Below, one piece after another: positions 47,393 to 57,645 of a stretch of 64,000 bases of DNA. The notes below the pieces were generated by a model, which saw only the letters and a list, made by a program, of their open reading frames with translations, did no database searches and was not told the DNA's origin. The stretch comes from Spirochaetia bacterium. GTDB taxonomy: Bacteria > Spirochaetota > Spirochaetia > CADAEX01. Position numbers and translations under genes: made by a program. Numbering within the stretch: the first letter of the stretch is position 1; each line of letters opens with the position of its first letter. The stretch is taken from assembly GCA_024402405.1 (NCBI GenBank), contig JAKSTW010000001.1:3734-67733 (forward strand), given 5' to 3'.

Positions 47393-48172
47393 TCAAAGAT
47401 ACCTGTTTGTCAAGGTATGGCAAAGTTTTATCAGTTCATCTTCAGAAAGTTCCCTGTACTCACCAGGCTTCAGATCAGTGTCCAGCTCAAGCCCATTGAC
47501 TCTGACCCGTTTCAGATAAACCACTTTATTCCCAAGAGCAGAAAAAATACGCTTCACCTCATGGTACAGTCCTTCATAAATCGTAAGCAGACAGGTCGAA
47601 CCGTCGATCCATGTCAGCTCACCGCCCTTGCACAGTGCACTATCCTCATGATCTTCCGGAGGAATCCGGACTCCTTCTGCAATTTTATCAGTATATTCAG
47701 CCTGCTGCAAACAGTCCGTCATCTGTTCCAGCCGCACAAAATAAGTCTTCGGAATATCATATTTAGGAGAAGTCAGCTGATGATTCAGCTCTCCGTCCGT
47801 AGTCAAGATCAGAAGTCCTTCCGTATCTATATCCAGCCGGCCTACAATTCCAAGATCGCCGCCGAGCCTCCGGCCTCTGTCTTTCTCATCCAGCAGTTCA
47901 AACACAGTAGGATTTGCACCTGTCTTTGCAGTACATACATAACCGGCTTTTTTATTCATCATAAAATAAACATGAGGTTTGATCTCCAGAATCTCACCAT
48001 CAACAGCAATTCTGTCCTTACTGAGCTCTATATGGATATCGCTGTTCTTAACAACCGTGTCATTCACGGTCACGCATCCATTCTTCACTATCCTTTTGAC
48101 TTCACTTCTGGTGCCAAAACCATGATTAGCCAGAATCTTATCCAGCCGTTCCTGCAACTTTATCTGTCTCAT
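47393..48172 (-). CDS. RsuA family pseudouridine synthase
   Basis: S4 domain RLDKIL, GRLDIDTEGLL, EGLYHEVKR. Confidence 0.92.
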   Translation of the reverse strand: MRQIKLQERLDKILANHGFGTRSEVKRIVKNGCVTVNDTVVKNSDIHIELSKDRIAVDGEILEIKPHVYFMMNKKAGYVCTAKTGANPTVFELLDEKDRGRRLGGDLGIVGRLDIDTEGLLILTTDGELNHQLTSPKYDIPKTYFVRLEQMTDCLQQAEYTDKIAEGVRIPPEDHEDSALCKGGELTWIDGSTCLLTIYEGLYHEVKRIFSALGNKVVYLKRVRVNGLELDTDLKPGEYRELSEDELIKLCHTLTNRYL

Positions 48173-48245
48173 ACCTCATTATAACATATTCGCACAAAAT
48201 CCCCCAGTAGTTGACATATCACTTTTTAAACCTTAAAATTTTCAA

Positions 48246-49913
48246 ATGCTTAATTCAGATGACAGACCGATCATAGTACAAAGTGACGGAACAATTCTGC
48301 TGGATGTCCACTCCGCAAATTTTCAGGATGCCAGAGATGATATATCCGGCTTTGCAGAGCTTATAAAATCGCCTGAACATATCCATACTTATGAGATATC
48401 GTCCCTTTCACTATGGAATGCGGCATCTGCAGGAATCTCACCTGAACAGGCTATTGCATCACTGGATAAATGGTCCAGATTCAAGATCCCGGAAAATATC
48501 ATTTTCAAAATAAAAGAAAGCGGCAGCCTTTTCGGGAAAATAATACTGCTTCCGTCTGAGTTTCCTGAAAAATATATTCTGAAAGTCACAGATGACAAGA
48601 TCTTCCTTGAGCTGCTGGCCATAAAAAAACTGCAGAAATATTTACTGCCATTATACGATCAGAGCGGTTTTTATATTTCGGCGCTTAACAGAGGCATCAT
48701 CAAACAGGAACTTATCACCCAGGGATATCCTGTAAGAGATAATATTCCGCTGGCTTCAGGTGATTCCATGGAGATCAGCTTCAGAAAAACAACATCATCC
48801 GGCAAACCGTTCAGCATCAGAAATTATCAGGAAGAGGCGGCTCAGGCATTCTACGGCAACAATCTGCCAGGCAATGGATACGGAACCATAGTGCTGGCCT
48901 GCGGTTCAGGCAAGACTGTGGTAGGCATGAGAATAATGGAACTCTGCCAGACAAAAACTCTGATACTGACCACCAATATTGCGGCTGTGCATCAGTGGAT
49001 AAATGAGCTTCTGGACAAAACCACACTGACCAGAGATGACATCGGAGAATACAGCGGCGACAAAAAGGAAATAAAACCGGTGACAATAGCCACCTATCAG
49101 ATACTTACCTGGCGTCCCGGCAAAGAAGAGAATTTCCCGCACTTTGAACTTTTTAAGAAAGACAACTGGGGTCTGGTCATATACGATGAGGTGCATCTGC
49201 TTCCTGCACCGGTATTCAGGATAACAGCAGAGATCCAGGCTATAAGCCGTGTCGGTCTGACAGCAACACTTATAAGAGAGGATGGCCTTGAAAAAAATCT
49301 GTTCTCTCTTGTTGGACCAAAAAGATTTGACTGTCCATGGAAAATACTGCAGGAAAAAGGATGGATCGCCCAGGCTTCCTGCCATGAAATCCGGATCGAA
49401 CTGCCTGAAGAACTTAAAATTCCCTATGCCACAGCCACCAGAAGAGAGAAATTCCGCATTGCCTCAGAAAATCCGAGAAAAATGGAAATCATCAAAGAAA
49501 TAATAGAAAACAGAAAGGATGATTTCATTCTTATCATAGGTCAATACCTGAGTCAGCTGAAGGAGGTCAAAAAACTTATCAACGTGCCTCTCATCACCGG
49601 GCAGACTCCGAATAAACTCAGAGAAGAGATCTATGCAAAATTCCGTGAAGGCAAGGAAAGGATAATAATTGTATCAAAAGTCGCAAATTTCGCCATAGAC
49701 CTGCCTGATGCTTCTGTCGCAATACAGATATCCGGAAGTTTCGGCTCAAGGCAGGAAGAAGCACAGAGACTGGGACGCATTCTCAGACCCAAAGAGAGAA
49801 ACTCATATTTTTATTCACTGACTTCAAGATTCACAGTAGAAGAGGAGTTCTCAGCAAACCGGCAGAAATTCCTTACAGAACAGGGATACGAATATCAGAT
49901 AGAAACCAGATGA
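48246..49913 (+). CDS. XPB/Rad25-like SF2 DNA helicase
   Basis: IIVQSDGTILL, CGSGKT, DEVH, TATLIREDG, GSRQEEAQRLGRILR. Confidence 0.93.
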   Translation: MLNSDDRPIIVQSDGTILLDVHSANFQDARDDISGFAELIKSPEHIHTYEISSLSLWNAASAGISPEQAIASLDKWSRFKIPENIIFKIKESGSLFGKIILLPSEFPEKYILKVTDDKIFLELLAIKKLQKYLLPLYDQSGFYISALNRGIIKQELITQGYPVRDNIPLASGDSMEISFRKTTSSGKPFSIRNYQEEAAQAFYGNNLPGNGYGTIVLACGSGKTVVGMRIMELCQTKTLILTTNIAAVHQWINELLDKTTLTRDDIGEYSGDKKEIKPVTIATYQILTWRPGKEENFPHFELFKKDNWGLVIYDEVHLLPAPVFRITAEIQAISRVGLTATLIREDGLEKNLFSLVGPKRFDCPWKILQEKGWIAQASCHEIRIELPEELKIPYATATRREKFRIASENPRKMEIIKEIIENRKDDFILIIGQYLSQLKEVKKLINVPLITGQTPNKLREEIYAKFREGKERIIIVSKVANFAIDLPDASVAIQISGSFGSRQEEAQRLGRILRPKERNSYFYSLTSRFTVEEEFSANRQKFLTEQGYEYQIETR

Positions 49914-49914
49914 C

Positions 49915-51195
49915 TTATTCGGAGACCCGTTCAATCCTTGCACCAAGATTTCGAAGTCTGTTCACAAGATTCTCGTATCCGCGCTCGATCTGATAAACAT
50001 TTCTTATCACACTTTTTCCATCAGCGCACAGAGCAGCAATGACCATAGCCATACCTGCACGCACATCGGGAGAAACCAAGTCACAGCCCTTAAGTCTGGA
50101 AGGCCCGCTGACGACCGCACGATGAGGGTCGCACAGCACTATCTTGGCACCCATCTCTATAAGCTTGTCAACGAAAAACATTCTGGATTCAAACATTTTC
50201 TCATGAATCAGCACCGTCCCCTTGACCTGTGTGGCAACTACTGTGACAATACTTGTCAGATCAGGAGGGAATCCAGGCCACGGTGCATCATCAATAGTCG
50301 GTATCTGTCCTCCAAGATCAGAGACCACAGCAAGCTTCTGACCAGGACGGACAAGAATTGAATTGCCGGAAGTCTCCCAGGAGATGCCAAGTTTACCAAA
50401 AGCGATCTTTGCCATGCGCAGATTCTTAGGCTCTGCATCCTCTATCTCCAGCTCACTGCGTGTCACAGCAGCCAATCCGATATATGATCCCACTTCCATG
50501 AAATCAGAACCTATGCGATATTCAGCACCATGAAGCTTCTTCACACCGCTGATATACAGAATATTTGAGCCAACACCTGTGATCTCAGCACCCATGGCTA
50601 TCAGCATACGGCACAGATCCTGAACATGAGGCTCTGAAGCTGCATTCTGGATCACAGTCTCACCATCCGCCAGGACTGCTGTCATAATGGCATTCTCTGT
50701 AGCTGTAACTGATGCCTCATCCAGAAAGAGATCCACCCCAACCAGCTTATTGGCAGAAATATGGAAAACTCCGTCAGCAGAAACCCGGGCCCCCAGCTCT
50801 GTGAATGCAAGGAAATGGGTATCCAGCCTTCTGCGTCCTATGACATCGCCACCAGGAGGTGGAAAAGTCACCTTGCCTGTTCTGGCCAGAAGCGGTCCTG
50901 CAAACAATACAGAAGCCCGGATAGCCTTTGCATATTCCATAGGAATTTCAGGATTTTTGATATCACCTGTCTTTATCTCATACCGGTTGGCATTTATTTT
51001 CTTTACATCTGAGCCCAGAAATCTGAGTATATTCAGCATCACATTCACATCTTCAATTTCAGGAATGTTGTCAAGAATAACTGTCTCATCTGTCAGAAGT
51101 GTGGCCGCAATACATGGAAGCGCCGCATTTTTATTTCCACTGGCTCTCAGTTTTCCCTTCAGAGGATAAGAGCCGTCAATAACATATTTAAACAT
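49915..51195 (-). CDS. murA: UDP-GlcNAc 1-carboxyvinyltransferase
   Basis: [37 protein letters not shown]. Confidence 0.95.
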   Translation of the reverse strand: MFKYVIDGSYPLKGKLRASGNKNAALPCIAATLLTDETVILDNIPEIEDVNVMLNILRFLGSDVKKINANRYEIKTGDIKNPEIPMEYAKAIRASVLFAGPLLARTGKVTFPPPGGDVIGRRRLDTHFLAFTELGARVSADGVFHISANKLVGVDLFLDEASVTATENAIMTAVLADGETVIQNAASEPHVQDLCRMLIAMGAEITGVGSNILYISGVKKLHGAEYRIGSDFMEVGSYIGLAAVTRSELEIEDAEPKNLRMAKIAFGKLGISWETSGNSILVRPGQKLAVVSDLGGQIPTIDDAPWPGFPPDLTSIVTVVATQVKGTVLIHEKMFESRMFFVDKLIEMGAKIVLCDPHRAVVSGPSRLKGCDLVSPDVRAGMAMVIAALCADGKSVIRNVYQIERGYENLVNRLRNLGARIERVSE

Positions 51196-51231
51196 GAATT
51201 AATAGTACAATGGAGAAAAACAGGTGTCAAG

Positions 51232-52431
51232 TCAAAGGAGGATCTGACCATACTGTCCGTCAAATCCATACTTGATCCTGAACCTGTTTTCTTTTACGGC
51301 GATGATTCCCTCCAGCACCTCATCCGGAACATCCCGGATACCAAGAAGGCCATCATCAAACCAGATATTGCTTTCTCTTCCGATCTGACCGGTAATTTTC
51401 TCATAAAGTCTGACAGCCTTGCCGCTGCCACATCCGCAGCCAAGACTTTCTGCTATTATCTCAATGAGAGGGATCTGGTAGACAAAATCCTGTCTCTTGA
51501 AATTCCCCGCAGGAGAAATACGCCGTATCCGCTGTCTGACTCCCTCCACAAAATGTTTTCCGCACACAGGGCATATCTCCGGAGGATCATCAATGAAAAA
51601 CACATCCTCGCCATCATGACCAGGACGGTCTCCCCGATGACCTGTCAGATAGTAGCGTCCCTCAAACGGAGGAAACTCAGCTGTCTTAAGAACTTTTCTA
51701 TCTCTTATCCCGGCAAGCACACCAGATGCAGAACATTCCTCAATATCCAGAAGTGTAAATTCTCTGCCCAGCCTGTTAAAAGCAGCTGAATGGGCATCAC
51801 TGGAAGAAATCACAGGTATGCCAAGACTGCCGGCAATACCAGACAGCATATCAGGATCAGCACTGAGACCTGACTCCAAGGCATCCACCAGTTCTGTCTG
51901 CTGTCCCCAGATCTCAGAGATCGAATCCACCGGATTCTTGCCCCCCAGTATTCCGTCGGGAGTGACAACATGCGCAGGAACAATGACCACATCAGCCAGC
52001 TTTTTCATCTCAGCAAAAAACTCCTGCATTTCCAGGCAGCTGTCAAATTTGACAAACGGACGCCCTATTCCCAGCTTCGATCCTCTGGCAAGCATCATTT
52101 TTCTTACAGTCCGCACACTTTCAAGCTCAGCAAAGATGATAACCACATGAAAAAGCTTCCGTTTGGAAATATCGTATTCATAAGGAAGTGTAACGATGAT
52201 CTCTGTCTGCGGTATAAGATACTGTCCGTCACGGATCACCCAGAATGATCTGGAAGGATCAAATCTGAAAGCTCCATTAAGTTCATCTTCCCATTTTTCC
52301 AGCAGAATATCACCGCTGCCATAAACATCAATTCCCTTGACCTGCATAACATATGAGAGCCTCTGAAAATCAGATTTACCGGAAGCCCCCGCATATGGAG
52401 AATGAGAATGAAGATCTACAATAATTTTCAT
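51232..52431 (-). CDS. PHP-domain endonuclease Q-like protein
   Basis: DLHSHS, PAHVVTP, ESGLSADP, SSDAHS..RLGRE, CPVCG, GFDGQYG. Confidence 0.8.
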   Translation of the reverse strand: MKIIVDLHSHSPYAGASGKSDFQRLSYVMQVKGIDVYGSGDILLEKWEDELNGAFRFDPSRSFWVIRDGQYLIPQTEIIVTLPYEYDISKRKLFHVVIIFAELESVRTVRKMMLARGSKLGIGRPFVKFDSCLEMQEFFAEMKKLADVVIVPAHVVTPDGILGGKNPVDSISEIWGQQTELVDALESGLSADPDMLSGIAGSLGIPVISSSDAHSAAFNRLGREFTLLDIEECSASGVLAGIRDRKVLKTAEFPPFEGRYYLTGHRGDRPGHDGEDVFFIDDPPEICPVCGKHFVEGVRQRIRRISPAGNFKRQDFVYQIPLIEIIAESLGCGCGSGKAVRLYEKITGQIGRESNIWFDDGLLGIRDVPDEVLEGIIAVKENRFRIKYGFDGQYGQILL

Positions 52432-52445
52432 ATAATTTATCCCAA

Positions 52446-53168
52446 TCAGTTTTTCAGCAGATAACCTTTGCCTATATCCCGGCAAAGCTGTCCCGACAGA
52501 TATTTATATCCATTCACCTTAGGAAGCCCTCTGGCCCGCATGACTGAATTGCACCTGGAATCATTAGGTCTAATGAGATTCATTTTTTCCATGGTTATCT
52601 TATTATAATAAGAATTGTAATGGACATAGACTATATTTCCGGTTCTGTCATCGCAGGAGACGACCATTCCGATATGCGTCAGCTCATCGTCATCTTTTCT
52701 GTTCTTGTTGGCATCCCAGGTATCATCCCAGAAAATAAGATCTCCGGGAACAGGTTTCTCAGTCTGATAAATAAGCCCTTTTGATGAAAGATATTTATGA
52801 ATACGCTGCACACCGCCGCCAGTATATCTGCTGTATTCTTTTGTAAGATCTATTCCTGCCCTGGCATAAATGGCACATATGACACCTGAACAGTCCATAT
52901 TGTATCGTCTGCCGTTTACAGAAAGTGTCTTGCAGTTCTGCACCCAACGAGCATTTTCCAACAGTCTGTCTATAAGTTTACTATCAACACTATCAGCAGC
53001 AGTACTTTTATTTTCTGGTTTTTTAACTGTATGACCAGGCTGCGTTTCAGGTATTTTCCGCACCGTCCCAGGTCTGGGCTTGGTTGTTTTTACAACAGGA
53101 GCTGTAGTGCAGCCAGCCAGCATAAAAGCCGATATGAAAATAACCAGAAAGGCCTTCGGGGTTTTCAT
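52446..53168 (-). CDS. NlpC/P60 family lipoprotein
   Basis: Lipobox LAG-C, DCSG, PGDLIFW, THIGMV. Confidence 0.85.
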   Translation of the reverse strand: MKTPKAFLVIFISAFMLAGCTTAPVVKTTKPRPGTVRKIPETQPGHTVKKPENKSTAADSVDSKLIDRLLENARWVQNCKTLSVNGRRYNMDCSGVICAIYARAGIDLTKEYSRYTGGGVQRIHKYLSSKGLIYQTEKPVPGDLIFWDDTWDANKNRKDDDELTHIGMVVSCDDRTGNIVYVHYNSYYNKITMEKMNLIRPNDSRCNSVMRARGLPKVNGYKYLSGQLCRDIGKGYLLKN

Positions 53169-55102
53169 CAGAACTCAGTACCGATAGAAAACTTGGCAAA
53201 AAATTCTCTCTCTTTAAAATCCCAGCCGCCGTAGCACAGGAATTTAATAGGTCTGATACCGATGAACATAACATTGAACTTCATAGCCATACCTGCGGTG
53301 AAGAAACAATCATCAAAATAATAGAAATCAGCGAATGGTCCGATTCCAAAATCATTTATTATGAAAGCCTCAGCCAGACTCGGTCTGAAATCAGGCTGTA
53401 TATAGAATGTGGAGGCAGCCATAAGCACACGGTCGAAATAACCGGTCTTAGTATCACCACGAACACCGTCATTCTTATAAAGCCTTACTGTCTTGCTCTG
53501 ATAGATAGGCATTCTGTAAGTCACCTTCTCATCAAGATTGACAAGCCAGAACAGATGCTGCTGCATATATGCAGTGGCACCGATACCATCAACATGCTGG
53601 TTCTCCCGGAATCCGAACAGAGAATATCTCAGAAATTTATTATCTCCCACATATCCGTTCAGTCCAACACGGTTAAATGAATATTCATCCTTGAATTCAT
53701 CTGAAAGCTTGCCCTCTATTGTCAGGAAAGGAACCACACCAAAATTATCATAAGAAAAATAAACGATCTCATTATTGGTATAATAATATCCGGAATGAAG
53801 CTTATTGTCCTCGAAATCTATAAGGCCACGGCTTTTTGACCGGAACATATCAGACAGGGCAAATGAGAATGTGGAATCAAGACCATAGTTGTCAGGGAAC
53901 CAGTATTCACGCAGATTAAACCGCACAGTCTTATATCCAAAACACTCACCCAGATAAACATAGTTATAATCATTCAGAAAATAATCATTCGGAAGTTCGC
54001 CAAGCAACGAAAGTCCCACTGTCAGCATGGTGTTGAACTCATTCAGCGATATGACCTCCCGCTTTTTATACTCCCGGCAATAATCATCAAATTTTTTCTG
54101 AAATTCTTCCCGTCCTGCCAGGAACTCTTCCTTGATCGTCTCAGGCGATACAGAAGACTCAGCCACAGCCTTGAGCGCATCAATATTCTCAGAGGCACAC
54201 TGATAGCCAAGATCAATTATCTCATCGATCTTATCAAATCCCATGAATGAATATTTTTCCACCGGATTTCTGAGCCATACCAGATCATCGTGCTGCTTAA
54301 GCTCATGCACCGCAGCCCTGGTCTTGCTCACATCCTGCATTCTGTTCACAATGGTCACAAAATTCTTGAGATTCTGTTTGAAAGTATACAATGTGGAAGA
54401 AGCAACTACTCTGTCTGTATATCTGTAAGCCACATTGACCGGAAGCAGATTGGTACATCCGCCGTCCATCAGCCGGTATCCCCTGTAATCCTGAGGAGCA
54501 AAATCCACAGGAATGGCTATACTTCCAAGAAGCAGCTTATACATATCTCCCTCTTCAAAAATGATCATGCGTCTGGAGATAAGATCCTCAGTAACAACTG
54601 CCACAGGAATCTTAAGATTTTCAATATTGACATCCCCCAGCAGACCATTAAGAACAGCTATGAATTGGGATGTATCCAGCACGCCGCCCTGAGTAGGAAG
54701 TTTAGGCTGGAAAAGAGTGCCCAGAGGGAAAGTATGCATGATATCATATATCTGATGTGTTGACATTCCGGCAGAATAGAGAAGTCCCACAATAGAACCC
54801 ATGGAATCAGTGACAATAAAGTCAGGAATGATTCCCTCCTCCTCCATCTTCTGCAGCACACCCAGATGCGCCATAGCCCTGGCAGCACCACCCGAAAGGA
54901 CCAGTCCAAGCGGCTGATCCCTGCCGGCCGAAGCAGCCCTGGCATGAATCTTCTCAATAAAATTATCTTCTCCAATGTAAACAGGAACATCCACCAGGAG
55001 AATCTCATCTTCAGGAACTGAATTCTCAGCAATATCATTCTCTGCCATGCAAAAAGCAGTCAGAACTACAAAAAGCAACAGTATGGAAAATATTTTTTTC
55101 AT
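53168..55102 (-). CDS. Patatin-like phospholipase with C-terminal beta-rich domain
   Basis: Signal peptide, LSGGAARAMAHLG, TDSMG, DGG, C-terminal FAKFSIGTEF. Confidence 0.85.
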   Translation of the reverse strand: MKKIFSILLLFVVLTAFCMAENDIAENSVPEDEILLVDVPVYIGEDNFIEKIHARAASAGRDQPLGLVLSGGAARAMAHLGVLQKMEEEGIIPDFIVTDSMGSIVGLLYSAGMSTHQIYDIMHTFPLGTLFQPKLPTQGGVLDTSQFIAVLNGLLGDVNIENLKIPVAVVTEDLISRRMIIFEEGDMYKLLLGSIAIPVDFAPQDYRGYRLMDGGCTNLLPVNVAYRYTDRVVASSTLYTFKQNLKNFVTIVNRMQDVSKTRAAVHELKQHDDLVWLRNPVEKYSFMGFDKIDEIIDLGYQCASENIDALKAVAESSVSPETIKEEFLAGREEFQKKFDDYCREYKKREVISLNEFNTMLTVGLSLLGELPNDYFLNDYNYVYLGECFGYKTVRFNLREYWFPDNYGLDSTFSFALSDMFRSKSRGLIDFEDNKLHSGYYYTNNEIVYFSYDNFGVVPFLTIEGKLSDEFKDEYSFNRVGLNGYVGDNKFLRYSLFGFRENQHVDGIGATAYMQQHLFWLVNLDEKVTYRMPIYQSKTVRLYKNDGVRGDTKTGYFDRVLMAASTFYIQPDFRPSLAEAFIINDFGIGPFADFYYFDDCFFTAGMAMKFNVMFIGIRPIKFLCYGGWDFKEREFFAKFSIGTEF

Positions 55103-55103
55103 A

Positions 55104-56411
55104 TCATTCATCAATTATTGTATAAATAAGAGGAAGTTCATCCGGCTGCTGTTCTGAAACAGAATATGCGGCTTTGAATCTCTTTTCAGCATCTTCCAGA
55201 TTCTTCTTATCATTCACATGGAATTCAGCCAGGACCTCACCCTTCTTCACAAAATCACCCAATCTTTTTTTCAGCACAATTCCAACTGAAGGATCTATCG
55301 TATCCTCTTTCTTCATTCTCCCGGCACCAAGCATGCAGGCAGCCATTCCGACCTCGCTGGTTCTGATCTCAGAAATATATCCCTCATCATCAGCTCTGAC
55401 ATCGATCACTTCTGCGGCCTGTGGAAGCAACGACAGATCATCGACAATATCAGCATTTCCACCCTGAGCCTCAATCATCTGGGCCAGTTTCACCAATGCT
55501 TTTCCGGAATAGAATTTATCTTCCAGCATTTCCATAGCCTCACTGTTATTGTCGCAGATACCTGAAAGCAGCAGTATTTTGGCAGCAAGTGTCATGGAAA
55601 CTGTTTTTATATCACATTCAATATTATCTCTGAGAATCTCGATGCTCTCTTTCACTGCCAATGAATTTCCTATGCAGTTTCCCAGAGGCTGATTCATATC
55701 AGTGACAACAGCAGAAGTCTTCACTCCGGCCATTCTGCCGATACCAACCATAATATCCGCCAGCTTTATGGAATCCTTAAGATTCTTCATCAGAGCGCCA
55801 TTTCCGGTCTTCACATCCAGAACTATGGCATCACATCCCATTGCCAGTTTCTTGCTCATTATGCTGGATGCGATCAGAGGAAGGCTTTCTACAGTGGCAG
55901 TCACATCACGAAGAGCATATAATTTCTTATCTGCAGGTACTATATCTTTTGACTGACCTATTATTGAAAGTCCGAATTTTGAGACAGTATCAACAAAAGC
56001 ATTCTGATCCAGATTGACAGAAAAGCCAGGTATGGACTCAAGTTTATCCAATGTACCGCCTGTAAATCCCAGACCCCGTCCGGACATCTTGGCCACCTTA
56101 CAGCCACAGGCAGCAACCAGAGGAGCCACCAGAAAAGAGGTATCATCCCCGACACCACCGGTAGAATGCTTATCCACCCTGATCCCATCAATGGCAGAAA
56201 GATCAACTTTATCACCCGAATCTCTCATTGCCAGAGTAAGATCCACAGTCTCATCCCTGTCCATTCCGCGGATACATATTGCCATAAGGAGGGCTGAAGC
56301 CTGATAATCAGCGACAGAACCATCCACATATCCATTAATAAAAAATTCGATCTCTTCTTTGGTAAGTTTCAGACCATTTTTCTTCTTTTCAATAATATCT
56401 GTAATGACCAT
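55104..56411 (-). CDS. pdp: Pyrimidine-nucleoside/thymidine phosphorylase
   Basis: DKHSTGGVGD, KMSGRGLG.TGGTLDKLE, LYALRDVTAT, SIMSKK. Confidence 0.95.
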   Translation of the reverse strand: MVITDIIEKKKNGLKLTKEEIEFFINGYVDGSVADYQASALLMAICIRGMDRDETVDLTLAMRDSGDKVDLSAIDGIRVDKHSTGGVGDDTSFLVAPLVAACGCKVAKMSGRGLGFTGGTLDKLESIPGFSVNLDQNAFVDTVSKFGLSIIGQSKDIVPADKKLYALRDVTATVESLPLIASSIMSKKLAMGCDAIVLDVKTGNGALMKNLKDSIKLADIMVGIGRMAGVKTSAVVTDMNQPLGNCIGNSLAVKESIEILRDNIECDIKTVSMTLAAKILLLSGICDNNSEAMEMLEDKFYSGKALVKLAQMIEAQGGNADIVDDLSLLPQAAEVIDVRADDEGYISEIRTSEVGMAACMLGAGRMKKEDTIDPSVGIVLKKRLGDFVKKGEVLAEFHVNDKKNLEDAEKRFKAAYSVSEQQPDELPLIYTIIDE

Positions 56412-56452
56412 AAAATAAGTTTACCCCAAAAAACTATTTCAACACAAGTATA

Positions 56453-57052
56453 TCAGAGACTCCTGCCGATATAATACCGGATAAAGTTGATCAGCTTCTC
56501 ACTGTCCAGCGGTTTCTGCAGAACCAGATCCGCTTTTCTGACATCCTTAACAGTTGAATTCATCTCAGTTATAAAAACAATGGCAGGTTTCTCATAATCC
56601 CGGCGTGTGCTTATAGTGTTATAAAGATTTTCCACAGTGATTTCGGAGAATGTCTCACTGAGGATGATCACCTCCGGCTTTTCAGACATGAGAAGACGTC
56701 CGGCATCAAAACTTGTGACAGCAGAAATATATGAGCAGTTTGAAAGATGTGCCTCAAGTGTATCCTTTATATTTTTTATAGCATATCTGTCATTATCAAT
56801 AATGAGGATCTTATTGCCGGTGATAAATCCATCGTTCAGACTTTCCATAACAGCAGGGGGAATCTTCATGCCCCGGTCCTTCAGAAAATCAACCAGATGT
56901 TCGGCATATACACGGTACTGTCCCCCAGGGGTCGTAAATGCTTTCAATGATCCGTTTTTTATCCAGTTAATAGCAGTCTGATTTACAACACCACATATAT
57001 TAGCTATTTCCAGAGCTGAATAAATTCTGATCTTATTATTCTTCTTTTTCAT
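56453..57052 (-). CDS. Excisionase-like HTH fused to atypical receiver domain
   Basis: SALEIANICGVVNQTAINWI...TPGGQYRV; KILIIDND...KP. Confidence 0.8.
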   Translation of the reverse strand: MKKKNNKIRIYSALEIANICGVVNQTAINWIKNGSLKAFTTPGGQYRVYAEHLVDFLKDRGMKIPPAVMESLNDGFITGNKILIIDNDRYAIKNIKDTLEAHLSNCSYISAVTSFDAGRLLMSEKPEVIILSETFSEITVENLYNTISTRRDYEKPAIVFITEMNSTVKDVRKADLVLQKPLDSEKLINFIRYYIGRSL

Positions 57053-57644
57053 AAATTCCCCGTGCCATAATTTCTCTAATCATATTCATGGAGTACCCCC
57101 GGCGAAGAAGCTGACCTATTATCTTATCATTGGTCATGCCCTTTCTGGATGCTATTTTCTTATATGCCCTGCAAGCTCCATCCATCATGACATCATCATC
57201 CAATTCATCAATCACCTGTTCTGCCAACGGGGCAGACAATCCTTTAGCCCGCAGACCAGAGACAAGAGCAGATCTGCCACATGGATTTTTCTTCAGTCTG
57301 GACCGTACCCACAATTCTCCAAACCGGCAGTCGTCAATGTATTTTTTCTCTTCCAGCATGGCAATGACATCGCTGACAACCGCAGGCTCAAAACCACGCT
57401 GCCGCAGCTTAACAGACAGAGTAAAAGAGGAGTGCTCGGAAAACGACAGCAGATCCAGCGCCTTCTGTCTGCATAGGATGAACCTGTGACCTCGCTCCAA
57501 AGCCTCATATATCTCAGAAGAGACCGGATCTCCCTTGGAGAAGGCATATCTGGCATAATCGGCATCAGAAATAAAAAAAGAGGCACCGTCTGAGATCAAA
57601 ACCTCTATGGATGCCTCTTTTATATTGATTCCGGTAATAAACAA
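57036..57644 (-). CDS. recX: Regulatory protein RecX
   Basis: ALDLLS..EHS...L..KL..RGF, YIDD.RF, LLRRGY; probable TTG start 1 nt after the rpsI stop. Confidence 0.85.
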   Translation of the reverse strand: MFITGINIKEASIEVLISDGASFFISDADYARYAFSKGDPVSSEIYEALERGHRFILCRQKALDLLSFSEHSSFTLSVKLRQRGFEPAVVSDVIAMLEEKKYIDDCRFGELWVRSRLKKNPCGRSALVSGLRAKGLSAPLAEQVIDELDDDVMMDGACRAYKKIASRKGMTNDKIIGQLLRRGYSMNMIREIMARGIYEKEE

Positions 57645-57645
57645 A

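Noticed and set aside
47417-48184. Long antisense ORFs (also 2577..3332, 4341..4985, 8615..9298, 15812..16492, 43469..44068, 62096..62689)
   Set aside because: They mirror well-supported genes on the other strand and show no motifs or initiation signals.
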